Below, in pieces: positions 42,701 to 56,600 of a stretch of 64,000 nt of DNA; within the stretch, counting starts at the first letter, position 1, and the number at the start of each line of letters is the position of its first letter. Both the position numbers and the translations under genes were made by a program. This DNA comes from Eledone cirrhosa (Eukaryota): contig OZ024751.1 in assembly GCA_964016885.1 (NCBI GenBank), positions 2,418,001-2,482,000 on the forward strand. The letters are read 5' to 3'. The notes under the pieces were generated by a model. It had not been told where the DNA came from, ran no database searches, and worked only from the letters and a program-made list of their open reading frames with translations.

Positions 42701-44263
42701 ACTGTCATGTTGGACCTTCCCTGTTTAACTGTCATGTTGAACTTTCTCTGTTGAACTGTCATGCTGAACCTTCTCTGTTGAACTGTCATGCTGAACCTTC
42801 CCTGTTTAACTGTCATGCTGAACCTTCCTTGTTGAACTGTCATGTTGAACATTTTATGTTGAACTGTCATGCTGAACCTTCCCTGTTGAACTGTCATATT
42901 GAACCTTCTCTGTTGAACTGTCATGTTGGACCTTCTCTGTTTAACTGTCATATTGAACCTTCTCAGTTTAACTGTCATATTGAACCTTCTTTGTTGAACT
43001 GTCATATTGAACCTTCCCTGTTGAACTGTCATGTTGAAACTTCACTGTTTAACTGTCATATTGAACATTCTCTTTTTAACTGTCATGCTGAAACTTCCTT
43101 GTTGAACTGTCATGTTGAACCTTCTCTGTTGAACAGTCATAATGAACCTTATCTGTTGAACTGTCATGTTGGACCTTCTCTTTTGAACTGTCATATTGAA
43201 TATTCTCTGTAGAACTGTCATATTGAACCTTCTCTTTTGAACTGTCATATTGAACCTTCTCTGTTTAACTGTCATATTGAACCTTCTCTGTTGAACTGTC
43301 ATATTGAACCTTCCTTGTTGAACTGTCATGTTGGACCTTCCCTGTTTAACTGTCATATTGAACCTTCCCTGTTGAACTGTCATATTGAACTTTCTCTGTT
43401 GAACTGTCATGTTGGACCTTCTCTGTTTAACTGTCATATTGAACTTTCTCTGTTGAACTGTCATGCTGAACCTTCCTTGTTGAACTGTCATGTTGAACCT
43501 TCTCTGTTGAACTGTCATATTGAACCTTCTCTGTTGAACTGTCATGTTGAACCTTCTCTGTAGAACTGTCATATTGAACCTTCTTTGTTTAACTGTCATA
43601 TTGAACTTTCTCTGTTGAACTGTCATATTGAACATTCTCTGTTGAACTGTCATGCTGAACCTTCCCTGTTGAATTGTCATATTGAACCTTCTCTGTTGAA
43701 CTGTCATGCTGAACATTCCCTGTTGAACTGTCATTCTGAACCTTCCCTTTTGAACTGTCATATTGAACCTTCTCTGTGAACTGTCATGCTGAACCTTCCC
43801 TGTTGAACTGTCATATTGAACTTTCTCTGTTGAACTGTCATGCTGAACCATCCCTGTTGAACTGTCATATTGAACATTCTCTGTTGAACTGTCATGTTGG
43901 ACCTTCTCTGTTTAACTATCATATTGAACCTTCTCTGTTTAACTATCATATTGAACTTTCTCTGTTGAACTGACATGCTGAACCTTCCCTGTTGAACTGT
44001 CATGTTGAACCTTCTCTGTTGAACTTTCATATTGAACTTTCTCTGTTGAACTGTCGTATTGAACCTTCCCTGTTGAATTGTCATGTTGGACATTCCCTGT
44101 TTAACTGTCATGCTGAACCTTCTCTGTTGAAATGTCTTACCGAACTTTCTCTGTTGAACTGTCATGCTGAATCTTCCCTGTTGAAATGTCATGCTGAACC
44201 TTCCCTGTTTAACTGTCATATTGAACTTTCACTGTTGAAATGTCATGCTGAACATTCCCTGTT
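39725..44263 (+). repeat. Tandem block duplication, 2 x 2,186 bp (81 monomers -1), followed by a more diverged partial third copy to ~45070
   Basis: ORF pairs 39857/42043, 40856/43042, 41051/43237, 41590/43776 and 41806/43992. Confidence 0.93.
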
Positions 44264-46440
44264 GAACTGTCATATTGAACCTTCTCTGTTTACCCGTCAT
44301 ATTGAACCTTCTCTGTTGAACTGTCATATTGAAACTTCCCTGTTGAACTGTCATGTTGAACCTTCTCTGTTTAACTGTCATATTGAACTTTCTCTGTTGA
44401 ACTGTCATGCTGAACCTTACTTGTTTAACTGTCATGTTGAACCTTCTCTGTTGAACTGTCATATTGAAGTTTCTCTGTTGAACTGTCACACTGAACCTTC
44501 TCTGTTGAACTGTCATATTGAACCTTCCTTGTTTAACTGTCATATTGAACCTTCTCTGTTGAACTGTCATGCTGAACCTTCCCTGTTGAACTATCATATT
44601 GAAACTTCTCTGTTGAACTGTCATGTTGGACCTTCTCTGTTTAACTGTCATATTGAACCTTCTCTGTTGAACTGTCATATTGAACCTTCCCTCTTGAACT
44701 GTCATGTTGAACCTTCTCTGTTTAACTGTCATATTGAACTTTCTCTGTTGAACTGTGATGCTGAACCTTACTTGTTTAACTGTCATGTTGAACCTTCTCT
44801 GTTGAACTGTCATATTGAAGCTTCTCTGTTGAACTGTCATACTGAACCTTCTCTGTTGAACTGTCATATTGAACCTTCCCTGTTGAACTGTCATGTTGGA
44901 CCTTCCCTGTTTAACTGTCATATTGGACTTTCTCTGTTGAACTGTCATGCTGAAACTTCTCTGTTGAACTGTCATGCTGAACCTTCCCTGTTTAACTGTC
45001 AAGCTGAACCTTCCTTGTTGAACTGTCATGTTGAACATTTTATGTTGAACTGTCATGCTGAACCTTCCCTGTTGACCTGTCATGTTGGACCTTCTCTGTG
45101 TAACTGTCATATTGAACTTTCTCTGTTGAACTGTCATTGTGAACCTTCCCTTTTGAACTGTCATATTGAACCTTCTCTGTGAACTGTCATGCTGAACCTT
45201 CCCTGTTGAACTGTCATATTGAACCTTCTCTGTTGAACTGTCATGCTGAACCTTCCCTGTTGAACTGTCATATTGAACCTTCTCTGTTGAACTGTCATGT
45301 TGGACCTTCTCTGTTTAACTGTCATATTGAACCTTCTCTGTTTAATTCTCATATTGAACTTTCTCTGTTGAACTGTCATTCTGAACCTTCAATGTTTAAC
45401 TGTCATATTGAAATTTCTCTGTTGAACTGTCATGCTGAACCTTCCATGTTGAACTGTCATATTGAACTTTCTCTGTTGAAATGTCATGCTGAATCTTCCC
45501 TGTTGAACTATCATGCTGAACGTTCCCTGTTTAACTGTCATATTGAACTTTCTCTGTTGAACTGTCATATTGGACCTTCTCTGTTTAACTGTCATATTGA
45601 ACCTTCTCTGTTTAACTGTCATATTGAACCTTCTCTGTTTAACTGTCATATTGAACCTTCTCTGTTGAACTGTCATGCTGAACCTTCACTGTTTAACTGT
45701 CGTATTGAACTTTCTCTGTTGAACTGTCATGCTGAACCATCCCTTTTGAACTGTCATATTGAACATTCTCTGTTGAACTGTCATGATGGACCTTCTCTGT
45801 TTAACTATCATATTGAACCTTCTCTGTTTAACTATCATATTGAACTTTCTCTGTTGAACTGACATGCTGAAACTTCTCTGTTGAACAGTAATGTTGAACC
45901 TTCTCTGTTGAACTTTCATATTGAACTTTCTCTGTTGAACTGTCGTATTGAACCTTCCCTGTAGAATTGTCATGTTGGACATTCCATGTTTAACTCTCAT
46001 ATTGAACCTTCCCTGTTGAACTGTCATGCTGAAACTTCCCTGTTGAACTGTCATGTTGAACTTTCTCTGTTTAACTGTCATGCTTAACCTTCTCTGTTGA
46101 AATGTCATACCAAACTTTCTCTGTTGAACTGTCATGCTGAATCTTCCCTGTTGAAATGTCATGCTGAACCTTCCCTGTTTAACTGTCATATTGAACTTTC
46201 ACTGTTGAACTGTCATGCTGAACATTCCCTGTTGAACTGTCATATTGAACCTTCTCTGTTTACCTGTCATATTGAACCTTCCCTGTTGAACTGTCATGTT
46301 GAACCTTCCCCCTTGAACTGTCATGTTGAACCTTCTCTGTTTAACTGTCATATTGAACTTTCTCTGTTGAACTGTGATGCTGAACCTTACTTGTTTAACT
46401 GTCATGTTGAACCTTCTCTGTTGAACTGTCATATTGAAGC

Positions 46441-48606
46441 TTCTCTGTTGAACTGTCATACTGAACCTTCTCTGTTGAACTGTCATATTGAACCTTCCCT
46501 GTTGAACTGTCATGTTGGACCTTCCCTGTTTAACTGTCATATTGAACTTTCTCTGTTGAACTCTCATGTTGAACATTTTATGTTGAACTGTCATGCTGAA
46601 CCTTCCCTGTTGACCTGTCATGTTGGACCTTCTCTATGTAACTGTCATATTGAACTTTCTCTGTTGAACTGTCATACTGAACCTTCCCTGTTGAACTGTC
46701 ATATTGAACCTTCTCTGTTGAACTGTCATGTTGGACCTTCTCTGTTTAACTGTCATATTGAACCTTCTCTGTTTAACTGTCATATTGAACTTTCACTGTT
46801 GAACTGTCATGCTGAACATTCCCTGTTGAACTGTCATATTGAACCTTCTCTGTTTACCTGTCATATTGAACCTTCTCTGTTGAACTGTCATGTTGAACCT
46901 TCTCTGTTTAACTGTCATATTGAACTTTCTCTGTTGAACTGTCATGCTGAACCTTACTTGTTTAACTGTCATGTTGAACCTTCTCTGTTGAACTGTCACA
47001 TTGAAGTTTCTCTGTTGAACTGTCATGCTGAACCTTCCTTGTTGAACTGTCATGTTGAACATTTTATGTTGAACTGTCATGCTGAACCTTCCCTGTTGAA
47101 CTGTCATGTTGGACCTTCTCTGTGTAACTGTCATATTAAACTTTCTCTGTTGAACTGTCATGCTGAACCTTCCCTGTTGAACTGTCATATTGAACCTTCT
47201 CTGTTGAACTGTCATGTTGGACCTTCTCTGTTTAACTGTCATATTGAACCTTCTCTGTTTAACTGTCATATTGAACCTTCTCTGTTGAACTGTCATATTG
47301 AACCTTCACTGTTGAACTGTCATGTTGAAACTTCACTGTTTAACTGTCATATTGAACATTCTCTTTTTAACTGTCATGCTGAAACTTCCTTGTTGAACTG
47401 TCATGTTGAACCTTCTCTGTTGAACAGTCATAATGAACCTTATCTGTTGAACTGTCATGTTGGACCTTCTCTGTTTAACTGTCATATTGAACCTTCTCTG
47501 TTTAACTGTCATATTGAACTTTCTCTGTTGAACTGTGATGCTGAACCTTACTTGTTTAACTGTCATGTTGAACCTTCTCTGTTGAACTGTCATACTGAAC
47601 CTTCTCTGTTGAACTGTCATATTGAACCTTCCCTGTTGAACTGTCATGTTGGACCTTCCCTGTTTAACTGTCATATTGAACTTTCTCTGTTGAACTCTCA
47701 TGTTGAACATTTTATGTTGAACTGTCATGCTGAACCTTCCCTGTTGACCTGTCATGTTGGACCTTCTCTATGTAACTGTCATATTGAACTTTCTCTGTTG
47801 AACTGTCATACTGAACCTTCCCTGTTGAACTGTCATATTGAACCTTCTCTGTTGAACTGTCATGTTGGACCTTCTCTGTTTAACTGTCATATTGAACCTT
47901 CTCTGTTTAACTGTCATATTGAACTTTCACTGTTGAACTGTCATGCTGAACATTCCCTGTTGAACTGTCATATTGAACCTTCTCTGTTTACCTGTCATAT
48001 TGAACCTTCTCTGTTGAACTGTCATGTTGAACCTTCTCTGTTTAACTGTCATATTGAACTTTCTCTGTTGAACTGTCATGCTGAACCTTACTTGTTTAAC
48101 TGTCATGTTGAACCTTCTCTGTTGAACTGTCACATTGAAGTTTCTCTGTTGAACTGTCATGCTGAACCTTCCTTGTTGAACTGTCATGTTGAACATTTTA
48201 TGTTGAACTGTCATGCTGAACCTTCCCTGTTGAACTGTCATGTTGGACCTTCTCTGTGTAACTGTCATATTAAACTTTCTCTGTTGAACTGTCATGCTGA
48301 ACCTTCCCTGTTGAACTGTCATATTGAACCTTCTCTGTTGAACTGTCATGTTGGACCTTCTCTGTTTAACTGTCATATTGAACCTTCTCTGTTTAACTGT
48401 CATATTGAACCTTCTCTGTTGAACTGTCATATTGAACCTTCACTGTTGAACTGTCATGTTGAAACTTCACTGTTTAACTGTCATATTGAACATTCTCTTT
48501 TTAACTGTCATGCTGAAACTTCCTTGTTGAACTGTCATGTTGAACCTTCTCTGTTGAACAGTCATAATGAACCTTATCTGTTGAACTGTCATGTTGGACC
48601 TTCTCT
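46441..48606 (+). repeat. Tandem duplication, period 1,134 bp (42 monomers), ~1.9 copies
   Basis: Identical ORFs 46793/47927. Marker CTATGTAAC has its first A at 46636 and 47770. Confidence 0.9.
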
Positions 48607-51157
48607 TTTAAACTGTCATATTGAACATTCTCTGTAGAACTGTCATATTGAACCTTCTCTTTTGAACTGTCATATTGAACCTTCTCCGTTTAACTGTCAT
48701 ATTGAACCTTCTCTGTTGAACTGACATGCTGAACTTCCCTGTTGAACTGTCATGTTGAACCTTCTCTGTTGAACTTTCGTATTGAACTTTCTCTGTTGAA
48801 CTGTCGTATTGAACCTTCCCTGTTGAATTGTCATGTGGACATTCCCTGTTTAACTCTCATATTGAACCTTCCCTGTTGAACTGTCATATTGAACTTTTCC
48901 TATTGAACTGTCATGCTGAACCTTCCCTGTTTAACTGTCATATTGAATTTTCACTGTTGAACTGTCATGCTGAACATTCCCTGTTGAACTGTCATATTGA
49001 ACCTTCTCTGTTTACCTGTCATATTGAACCTTCTCTGTTGAACTGTCATATTGAACCTTCCCTGTTGAACTGTCATGTTGAACCTTCTCTGTTTAACTGT
49101 CATGTTGAACTTTCTCTGTTGAACTGTCATGCTGAACCTTACTTGTTTAACTGTCATGTTGAACCTTCTCTGTTGAACTGTCATATTGAAGCTTCTCTGT
49201 TGAACTGTCATACTGAACCTTCTCTGTTGAACTGTCATATTGAACCTTCCCTGTTGAACTGTCATGTTGGACCTTCCCTGTTTAACTGTCATATTGAACT
49301 TTCTCTGTTGAACTCTCATGTTGAACATTTTATGTTGAACTGTCATGCTGAACCTTCCCTGTTGACCTGTCATGTTGGACCTTCTCTATGTAACTGTCAT
49401 ATTGAACTTTCTCTGTTGAACTGTCATACTGAACCTTCCCTGTTGAACTGTCATATTGAACCTTCTCTGTTGAACTGTCATGTTGGACCTTCTCTGTTTA
49501 ACTGTCATATTGAACCTTCTCTGTTTAACTGTCATATTGAACTTTCACTGTTGAACTGTCATGCTGAACATTCCCTGTTGAACTGTCATATTGAACCTTC
49601 TCTGTTTACCTGTCATATTGAACCTTCTCTGTTGAACTGTCATGTTGAACCTTCTCTGTTTAACTGTCATATTGAACTTTCTCTGTTGAACTGTCATGCT
49701 GAACCTTACTTGTTTAACTGTCATGTTGAACCTTCTCTGTTGAACTGTCACATTGAAGTTTCTCTGTTGAACTGTCATGCTGAACCTTCCTTGTTGAACT
49801 GTCATGTTGAACATTTTATGTTGAACTGTCATGCTGAACCTTCCCTGTTGAACTGTCATGTTGGACCTTCTCTGTGTAACTGTCATATTAAACTTTCTCT
49901 GTTGAACTGTCATGCTGAACCTTCCCTGTTGAACTGTCATATTGAACCTTCTCTGTTGAACTGTCATGTTGGACCTTCTCTGTTTAACTGTCATATTGAA
50001 CCTTCTCTGTTTAACTGTCATATTGAACCTTCTCTGTTGAACTGTCATATTGAACCTTCACTGTTGAACTGTCATGTTGAAACTTCACTGTTTAACTGTC
50101 ATATTGAACATTCTCTTTTTAACTGTCATGCTGAAACTTCCTTGTTGAACTGTCATGTTGAACCTTCTCTGTTGAACAGTCATAATGAACCTTATCTGTT
50201 GAACTGTCATGTTGGACCTTCTCTTTTAAACTGTCATATTGAACATTCTCTGTAGAACTGTCATATTGAACCTTCTCTTTTGAACTGTCATATTGAACCT
50301 TCTCTGTTTAACTGTCATATTGAACCTTCTCTGTTGAACTGACATGCTGAACTTCCCTGTTGAACTGTCATGTTGAACCTTCTCTGTTGAACTTTCGTAT
50401 TGAACTTTCTCTGTTGAACTGTCGTATTGAACCTTCCCTGTTGAATTGTCATGTGGACATTCCCTGTTTAACTCTCATATTGAACCTTCCCTGTTGAACT
50501 GTCATATTGAACTTTTCCTATTGAACTGTCATGCTGAACCTTCCCTGTTTAACTGTCATATTGAATTTTCACTGTTGAACTGTCATGCTGAACATTCCCT
50601 GTTGAACTGTCATATTGAACCTTCTCTGTTTACCTGTCATATTGAACCTTCTCTGTTGAACTGTCATATTGAACCTTCCCTGTTGAACTGTCATGTTGAA
50701 CCTTCTCTGTTTAACTGTCATGTTGAACTTTCTCTGTTGAACTGTCATGCTGAACCTTACTTGTTTAACTGTCATGTTGAACCTTCTCTGTTGAACTGTC
50801 ATATTGAAGCTTCTCTGTTGAACTGTCATACTGAACCTTCTCTGTTGAACTGTCATATTGAACCTTCCCTGTTGAACTGTCATGTTGGACCTTCCCTGTT
50901 TAACTGTCATATTGAACTTTCTCTGTTGAACTCTCATGTTGAACATTTTATGTTGAACTGTCATGCTGAACCTTCCCTGTTGACCTGTCATGTTGGACCT
51001 TCTCTATGTAACTGTCATATTGAACTTTCTCTGTTGAACTGTCATACTGAACCTTCCCTGTTGAACTGTCATATTGAACCTTCTCTGTTGAACTGTCATG
51101 TTGGACCTTCTCTGTTTAACTGTCATATTGAACCTTCTCTGTTTAACTGTCATATTG
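47575..51157 (+). repeat. Tandem duplication, period 1,618 bp (60 monomers -2), ~2.2 copies
   Basis: ORF pairs 47927/49545, 48828/50446 and 48951/50569. CTATGTAAC at 47770, 49388 and 51006. Confidence 0.92.
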
Positions 51158-53654
51158 AACCTTCTCTGTTGAACTGTCATATTGAACCTTCCCTGTTGAA
51201 CTGTCATGTTGAAACTTCACTGTTTAACTGTCATATTGAACATTCTCTTTTTAACTGTCATGCTGAAACTTCCTTGTTGAACTGTCATGTTGAACCTTCT
51301 CTGTTGAACAGTCATAATGAACCTTATCTGTTGAACTGTCATGTTGGACCTTCTCTTTTGAACTGTCATATTGAACATTCTCTGTAGAACTGTCGTATTG
51401 AACCTTCTCTTTTGAACTGTCATATTGAACATTCTCTGTTGAACTGTCATATTGAACCTTCTCAGTTTAACTGTCATATTGAACCTTCTCTGTTGAACTG
51501 TCATATTGAACCTTCCTTGTTGAACTGTCATGTTGGACCTTCCCTGTTTAACTGTCATATTGAACCTTCGCTGTTGAACTGTCATATTGAACTTTCTCTG
51601 TTGAACTGTCATGTTGAACCTTCTCTGTTTAACTGTCATATTGAACTTTCTCTGTTGAACTGTCATGCTGAACCTTCCTTGTTGAACTGTCATTTTGAAC
51701 CTTCTCTGTTGAACTGTCATATTGAACCTTCTCTGTTGAACTGTCATGTTGAACCTTCTCTGTAGAACTGTCATATTGAACCTTCTTTGTTTAACTGTCA
51801 TATTGAACTTTCTCTGTTGAACTGTCATATTGAACATTCTCTGTTGAACTGTCATGCTGAACCTTCCCTGTTGAACTGTCATATTGAACCTTCTCTGTTG
51901 ATCTGTCATGCTGAACCTTCCCTGTTGAACTGTCATTCTGAACCTTCCCTGTTTAACTGTCATATTGAAATTTCTCTGTTGAACTGTCATGCTGAACCTT
52001 CCCTGTTGAACTGTCATATTGAACCTTCTCTGTTGAACTGTCATATTGAACCTTCTCTGTTGAACTGTCATGTTGGACCTTCTCTGTTTAACTGTCATAT
52101 TGAACCTTCTCTGTTTAACTCTCATATTGAACTTTCTCTGTTGAACTGTCATGCTGAACCTTCCCTGTCGCACTGTCATTCTGAACCTTCCCTGTTTAAC
52201 TGTCATATTGAAATTTCTCTGTTGAACTGTCATGCTGAACCTTCCCTTTTGAACTGTCATATTGAATCTTCTCTGTTGAACTGTCATGCTGAACCTTCCC
52301 TGTTGAACTGTCATATTGAACCTTCTCTGTTGAACTGTCATGCTGAACCTTCCCTGTTGAACTGTCATATTGAACTTTCTCTGTTGAACTGTGATGCTGA
52401 ACCTTACTTGTTTAACTGTCATGTTGAACCTTCTCTGTTGAACTGTCATATTGAAGCTTCTCTGTTGAACGGTCATACTGAACCTTCTCTGTTGAACTGT
52501 CATATTGAACCTTCCCTGTTGAACTGTCATGTTGGACCTTCCCTGTTTAACTGTCATGTTGAACTTTCTCTGTTGAACTGTCATGCTGAACCTTCTCTGT
52601 TGAACTGTCATGCTGAACCTTCCCTGTTTAACTGTCATGCTGAACCTTCCTTGTTGAACTGTCATGTTGAACATTTTATGTTGAACTGTCATGCTGAACC
52701 TTCCCTGTTGAACTGTCATATTGAACCTTCTCTGTTGAACTGTCATGTTGGACCTTCTCTGTTTAACTGTCATATTGAACCTTCTCTGTTTAACTGTCAT
52801 ATTGAACCTTCTTTGTTGAACTGTCATATTGAACCTTCCCTGTTGAACTGTCATGTTGAAACGTCACTGTTTAACTGTCATATTGAACATTCTCTTTTTA
52901 ACTGTCATGCTGAAACTTCCTTGTTGAACTGTCATGTTGAACCTTCTCTGTTGAACAGTCATAATGAACCTTATCTGTTGAACTGTCATGTTGGACCTTC
53001 TCTTTTGAACTGTCATATTGAACATTCTCTGTAGAACTGTCATATTGAACCTTCTCTTTTGAACTGTCATATTGAACCTTCTCTGTTTAACTGTCATATT
53101 GAACCTTCTCTGTTGAACTGTCATATTGAACCTTCCTTGTTGAACTGTCATGTTGGACCTTCCCTGTTTAACTGTCATATTGAACCTTCCCTGTTGAACT
53201 GTCATATTGAACTTTCTCTGTTGAACTGTCATGTTGGACCTTCTCTGTTTAACTGTCATATTGAACTTTCTCTGTTGAACTGTCATGCTGAACCTTCCTT
53301 GTTGAACTGTCATGTTGAACCTTCTCTGTTGAACTGTCATATTGAACCTTCTCTGTTGAACTGTCATGTTGAACCTTCTCTGTAGAACTGTCATATTGAA
53401 CCTTCTTTGTTTAACTGTCATATTGAACTTTCTCTGTTGAACTGTCATATTGAACATTCTCTGTTGAACTGTCATGCTGAACCTTCCCTGTTGAACTGTC
53501 ATATTGAACCTTCTCTGTTGAACTGTCATGCTGAACATTCCCTGTTGAACTGTCATTCTGAACCTTCCCTTTTGAACTGTCATATTGAACCTTCTCTGTG
53601 AACTGTCATGCTGAACCTTCCCTGTTGAACTGTCATATTGAACTTTCTCTGTTG

Positions 53655-56600
53655 AACTGTCATGCTGAACCATCCCTGTTGAACTGTCATATTGAACATT
53701 CTCTGTTGAACTGTCATGTTGGACCTTCTCTGTTTAACTATCATATTGAACCTTCTCTGTTTAACTATCATATTGAACTTTCTCTGTTGAACTGACATGC
53801 TGAACCTTCCCTGTTGAACTGTCATGTTGAACCTTCTCTGTTGAACTTTCATATTGAACTTTCTCTGTTGAACTGTCGTATTGAACCTTCCCTGTTGAAT
53901 TGTCATGTTGGACATTCCCTGTTTAACTGTCATGCTGAACCTTCTCTATTGAAATGTCTTACCGAACTTTCTCTGTTGAACTGTCATGCTGAATCTTCCC
54001 TGTTGAAATGTCATGCTGAACCTTCCCTGTTTAACTGTCATATTGAACTTTCACTGTTGAAATGTCATGCTGAACATTCCCTGTTGAACTGTCATATTGA
54101 ACCTTCTCTGTTTACCCGTCATATTGAACCTTCTCTGTTGAACTGTCATATTGAACCTTCCCTGTTGAACTGTCATGTTGAACCTTCTCTGTTTAACTAT
54201 CATATTGAACTTTCTCTGTTGAACTGTCATGCTGAACCTTACTTGTTTAACTGTCATGTTGAACCTTCTCTGTTGAACTGTCATATTGAAGTTTCTCTGT
54301 TGAACTGTCACACTGAACCTTCTCTGTTGAACTGTCATATTGAACCTTCCTTGTTTAACTGTCATATTGAACCTTCTCAGTTGAACTGTCATGCTGAACC
54401 TTCCCTGTTGAACTATCATATTGAAACTTCTCTGTTGAACTGTCATGTTGGACCTTCTCTGTTTAACTGTCATATTGAACCTTCTCTGTTGAACTGTCAT
54501 ATTGAACCTTCCCTCTTGAACTGTCATGTTGAACCTTCTCTGTTTAACTGTCATATTGAACTTTCTCTGTTGAACTGTGATGCTGAACCTTGTTTAACTG
54601 TCATGTTGAACCTTCTCTGTTGAACTGTCATATTGAAGCTTCTCTGTTGAACTGTCATACTGAACCTTCTCTGTTGAACTGTCATATTGAACCTTCCCTG
54701 TTGAACTGTCATGTTGGACCTTCCCTGTTTAACTGTCATATTGAACTTTCTCTGTTGAACTGTCATGCTGAAACTTCTCTGTTGAACTGTCATGCTGAAC
54801 CTTCCCTGTTTAACTGTCAAGCTGAACCTTCCTTGTTGAACTGTCATGTTGAACATTTTATGTTGAACTGTCATGCTGAACCTTCCCTGTTGACCTGTCA
54901 TGTTGGACCTTCTCTGTGTAACTGTCATATTGAACTTTCTCTGTTGAACTGTCATTGTGAACCTTCCCTTTTGAACTGTCATATTGAACCTTCTCTGTGA
55001 ACTGTCATGCTGAACATTCCCTGTTGAACTGTCATATTGAACCTTCTCTGTTGAACTGTCATGCTGAACCTTCCCTGTTGAACTGTCATATTGAACCTTC
55101 TCTGTTGAACTGTCATGTTGGACCTTCTCTGTTTAACTGTCATATTGAACCTTCTCTGTTTAACTCTCATATTGAACTTTCTCTGTTGAACTGTCATGCT
55201 GAACCTTCCCTGTCGCACTGTCATTCTGAACCTTCCCTGTTTAACTGTCATATTGAAATTTCTCTGTTGAACTGTCATGCTGAACCTTCCCTTTTGAACT
55301 GTCATATTGAATCTTCTCTGTTGAACTGTCATGCTGAACCTTCCCTGTTGAACTGTCATATTGAACCTTCTCTGTTGAACTGTCATGCTGAACCTTCCCT
55401 GTTGAACTGTCATATTGAACTTTCTCTGTTGAACTGTGATGCTGAACCTTACTTGTTTAACTGTCATGTTGAACCTTCTCTGTTGAACTGTCATATTGAA
55501 GCTTCTCTGTTGAACGGTCATACTGAACCTTCTCTGTTGAACTGTCATATTGAACCTTCCCTGTTGAACTGTCATGTTGGACCTTCCCTGTTTAACTGTC
55601 ATGTTGAACTTTCTCTGTTGAACTGTCATGCTGAACCTTCTCTGTTGAACTGTCATGCTGAACCTTCCCTGTTTAACTGTCATGCTGAACCTTCCTTGTT
55701 GAACTGTCATGTTGAACATTTTATGTTGAACTGTCATGCTGAACCATCCCTGTTGAACTGTCATATTGAACATTCTCTGTTGAACTGTCATGTTGGACCT
55801 TCTCTGTTTAACTATCATATTGAACCTTCTCTGTTTAACTATCATATTGAACTTTCTCTGTTGAACTGACATGCTGAACCTTCCCTGTTGAACTGTCATG
55901 TTGAACCTTCTCTGTTGAACTTTCATATTGAACTTTCTCTGTTGAACTGTCGTATTGAACCTTCCCTGTTGAATTGTCATGTTGGACATTCCCTGTTTAA
56001 CTGTCATGCTGAACCTTCTCTATTGAAATGTCTTACCGAACTTTCTCTGTTGAACTGTCATGCTGAATCTTCCCTGTTGAAATGTCATGCTGAACCTTCC
56101 CTGTTTAACTGTCATATTGAACTTTCACTGTTGAAATGTCATGCTGAACATTCCCTGTTGAACTGTCATATTGAACCTTCTCTGTTTACCCGTCATATTG
56201 AACCTTCTCTGTTGAACTGTCATATTGAACCTTCCCTGTTGAACTGTCATGTTGAACCTTCTCTGTTTAACTATCATATTGAACTTTCTCTGTTGAACTG
56301 TCATGCTGAACCTTACTTGTTTAACTGTCATGTTGAACCTTCTCTGTTGAACTGTCATATTGAAGTTTCTCTGTTGAACTGTCACACTGAACCTTCTCTG
56401 TTGAACTGTCATATTGAACCTTCCTTGTTTAACTGTCATATTGAACCTTCTCAGTTGAACTGTCATGCTGAACCTTCCCTGTTGAACTATCATATTGAAA
56501 CTTCTCTGTTGAACTGTCATGTTGGACCTTCTCTGTTTAACTGTCATATTGAACCTTCTCTGTTGAACTGTCATATTGAACCTTCCCTCTTGAACTGTCA

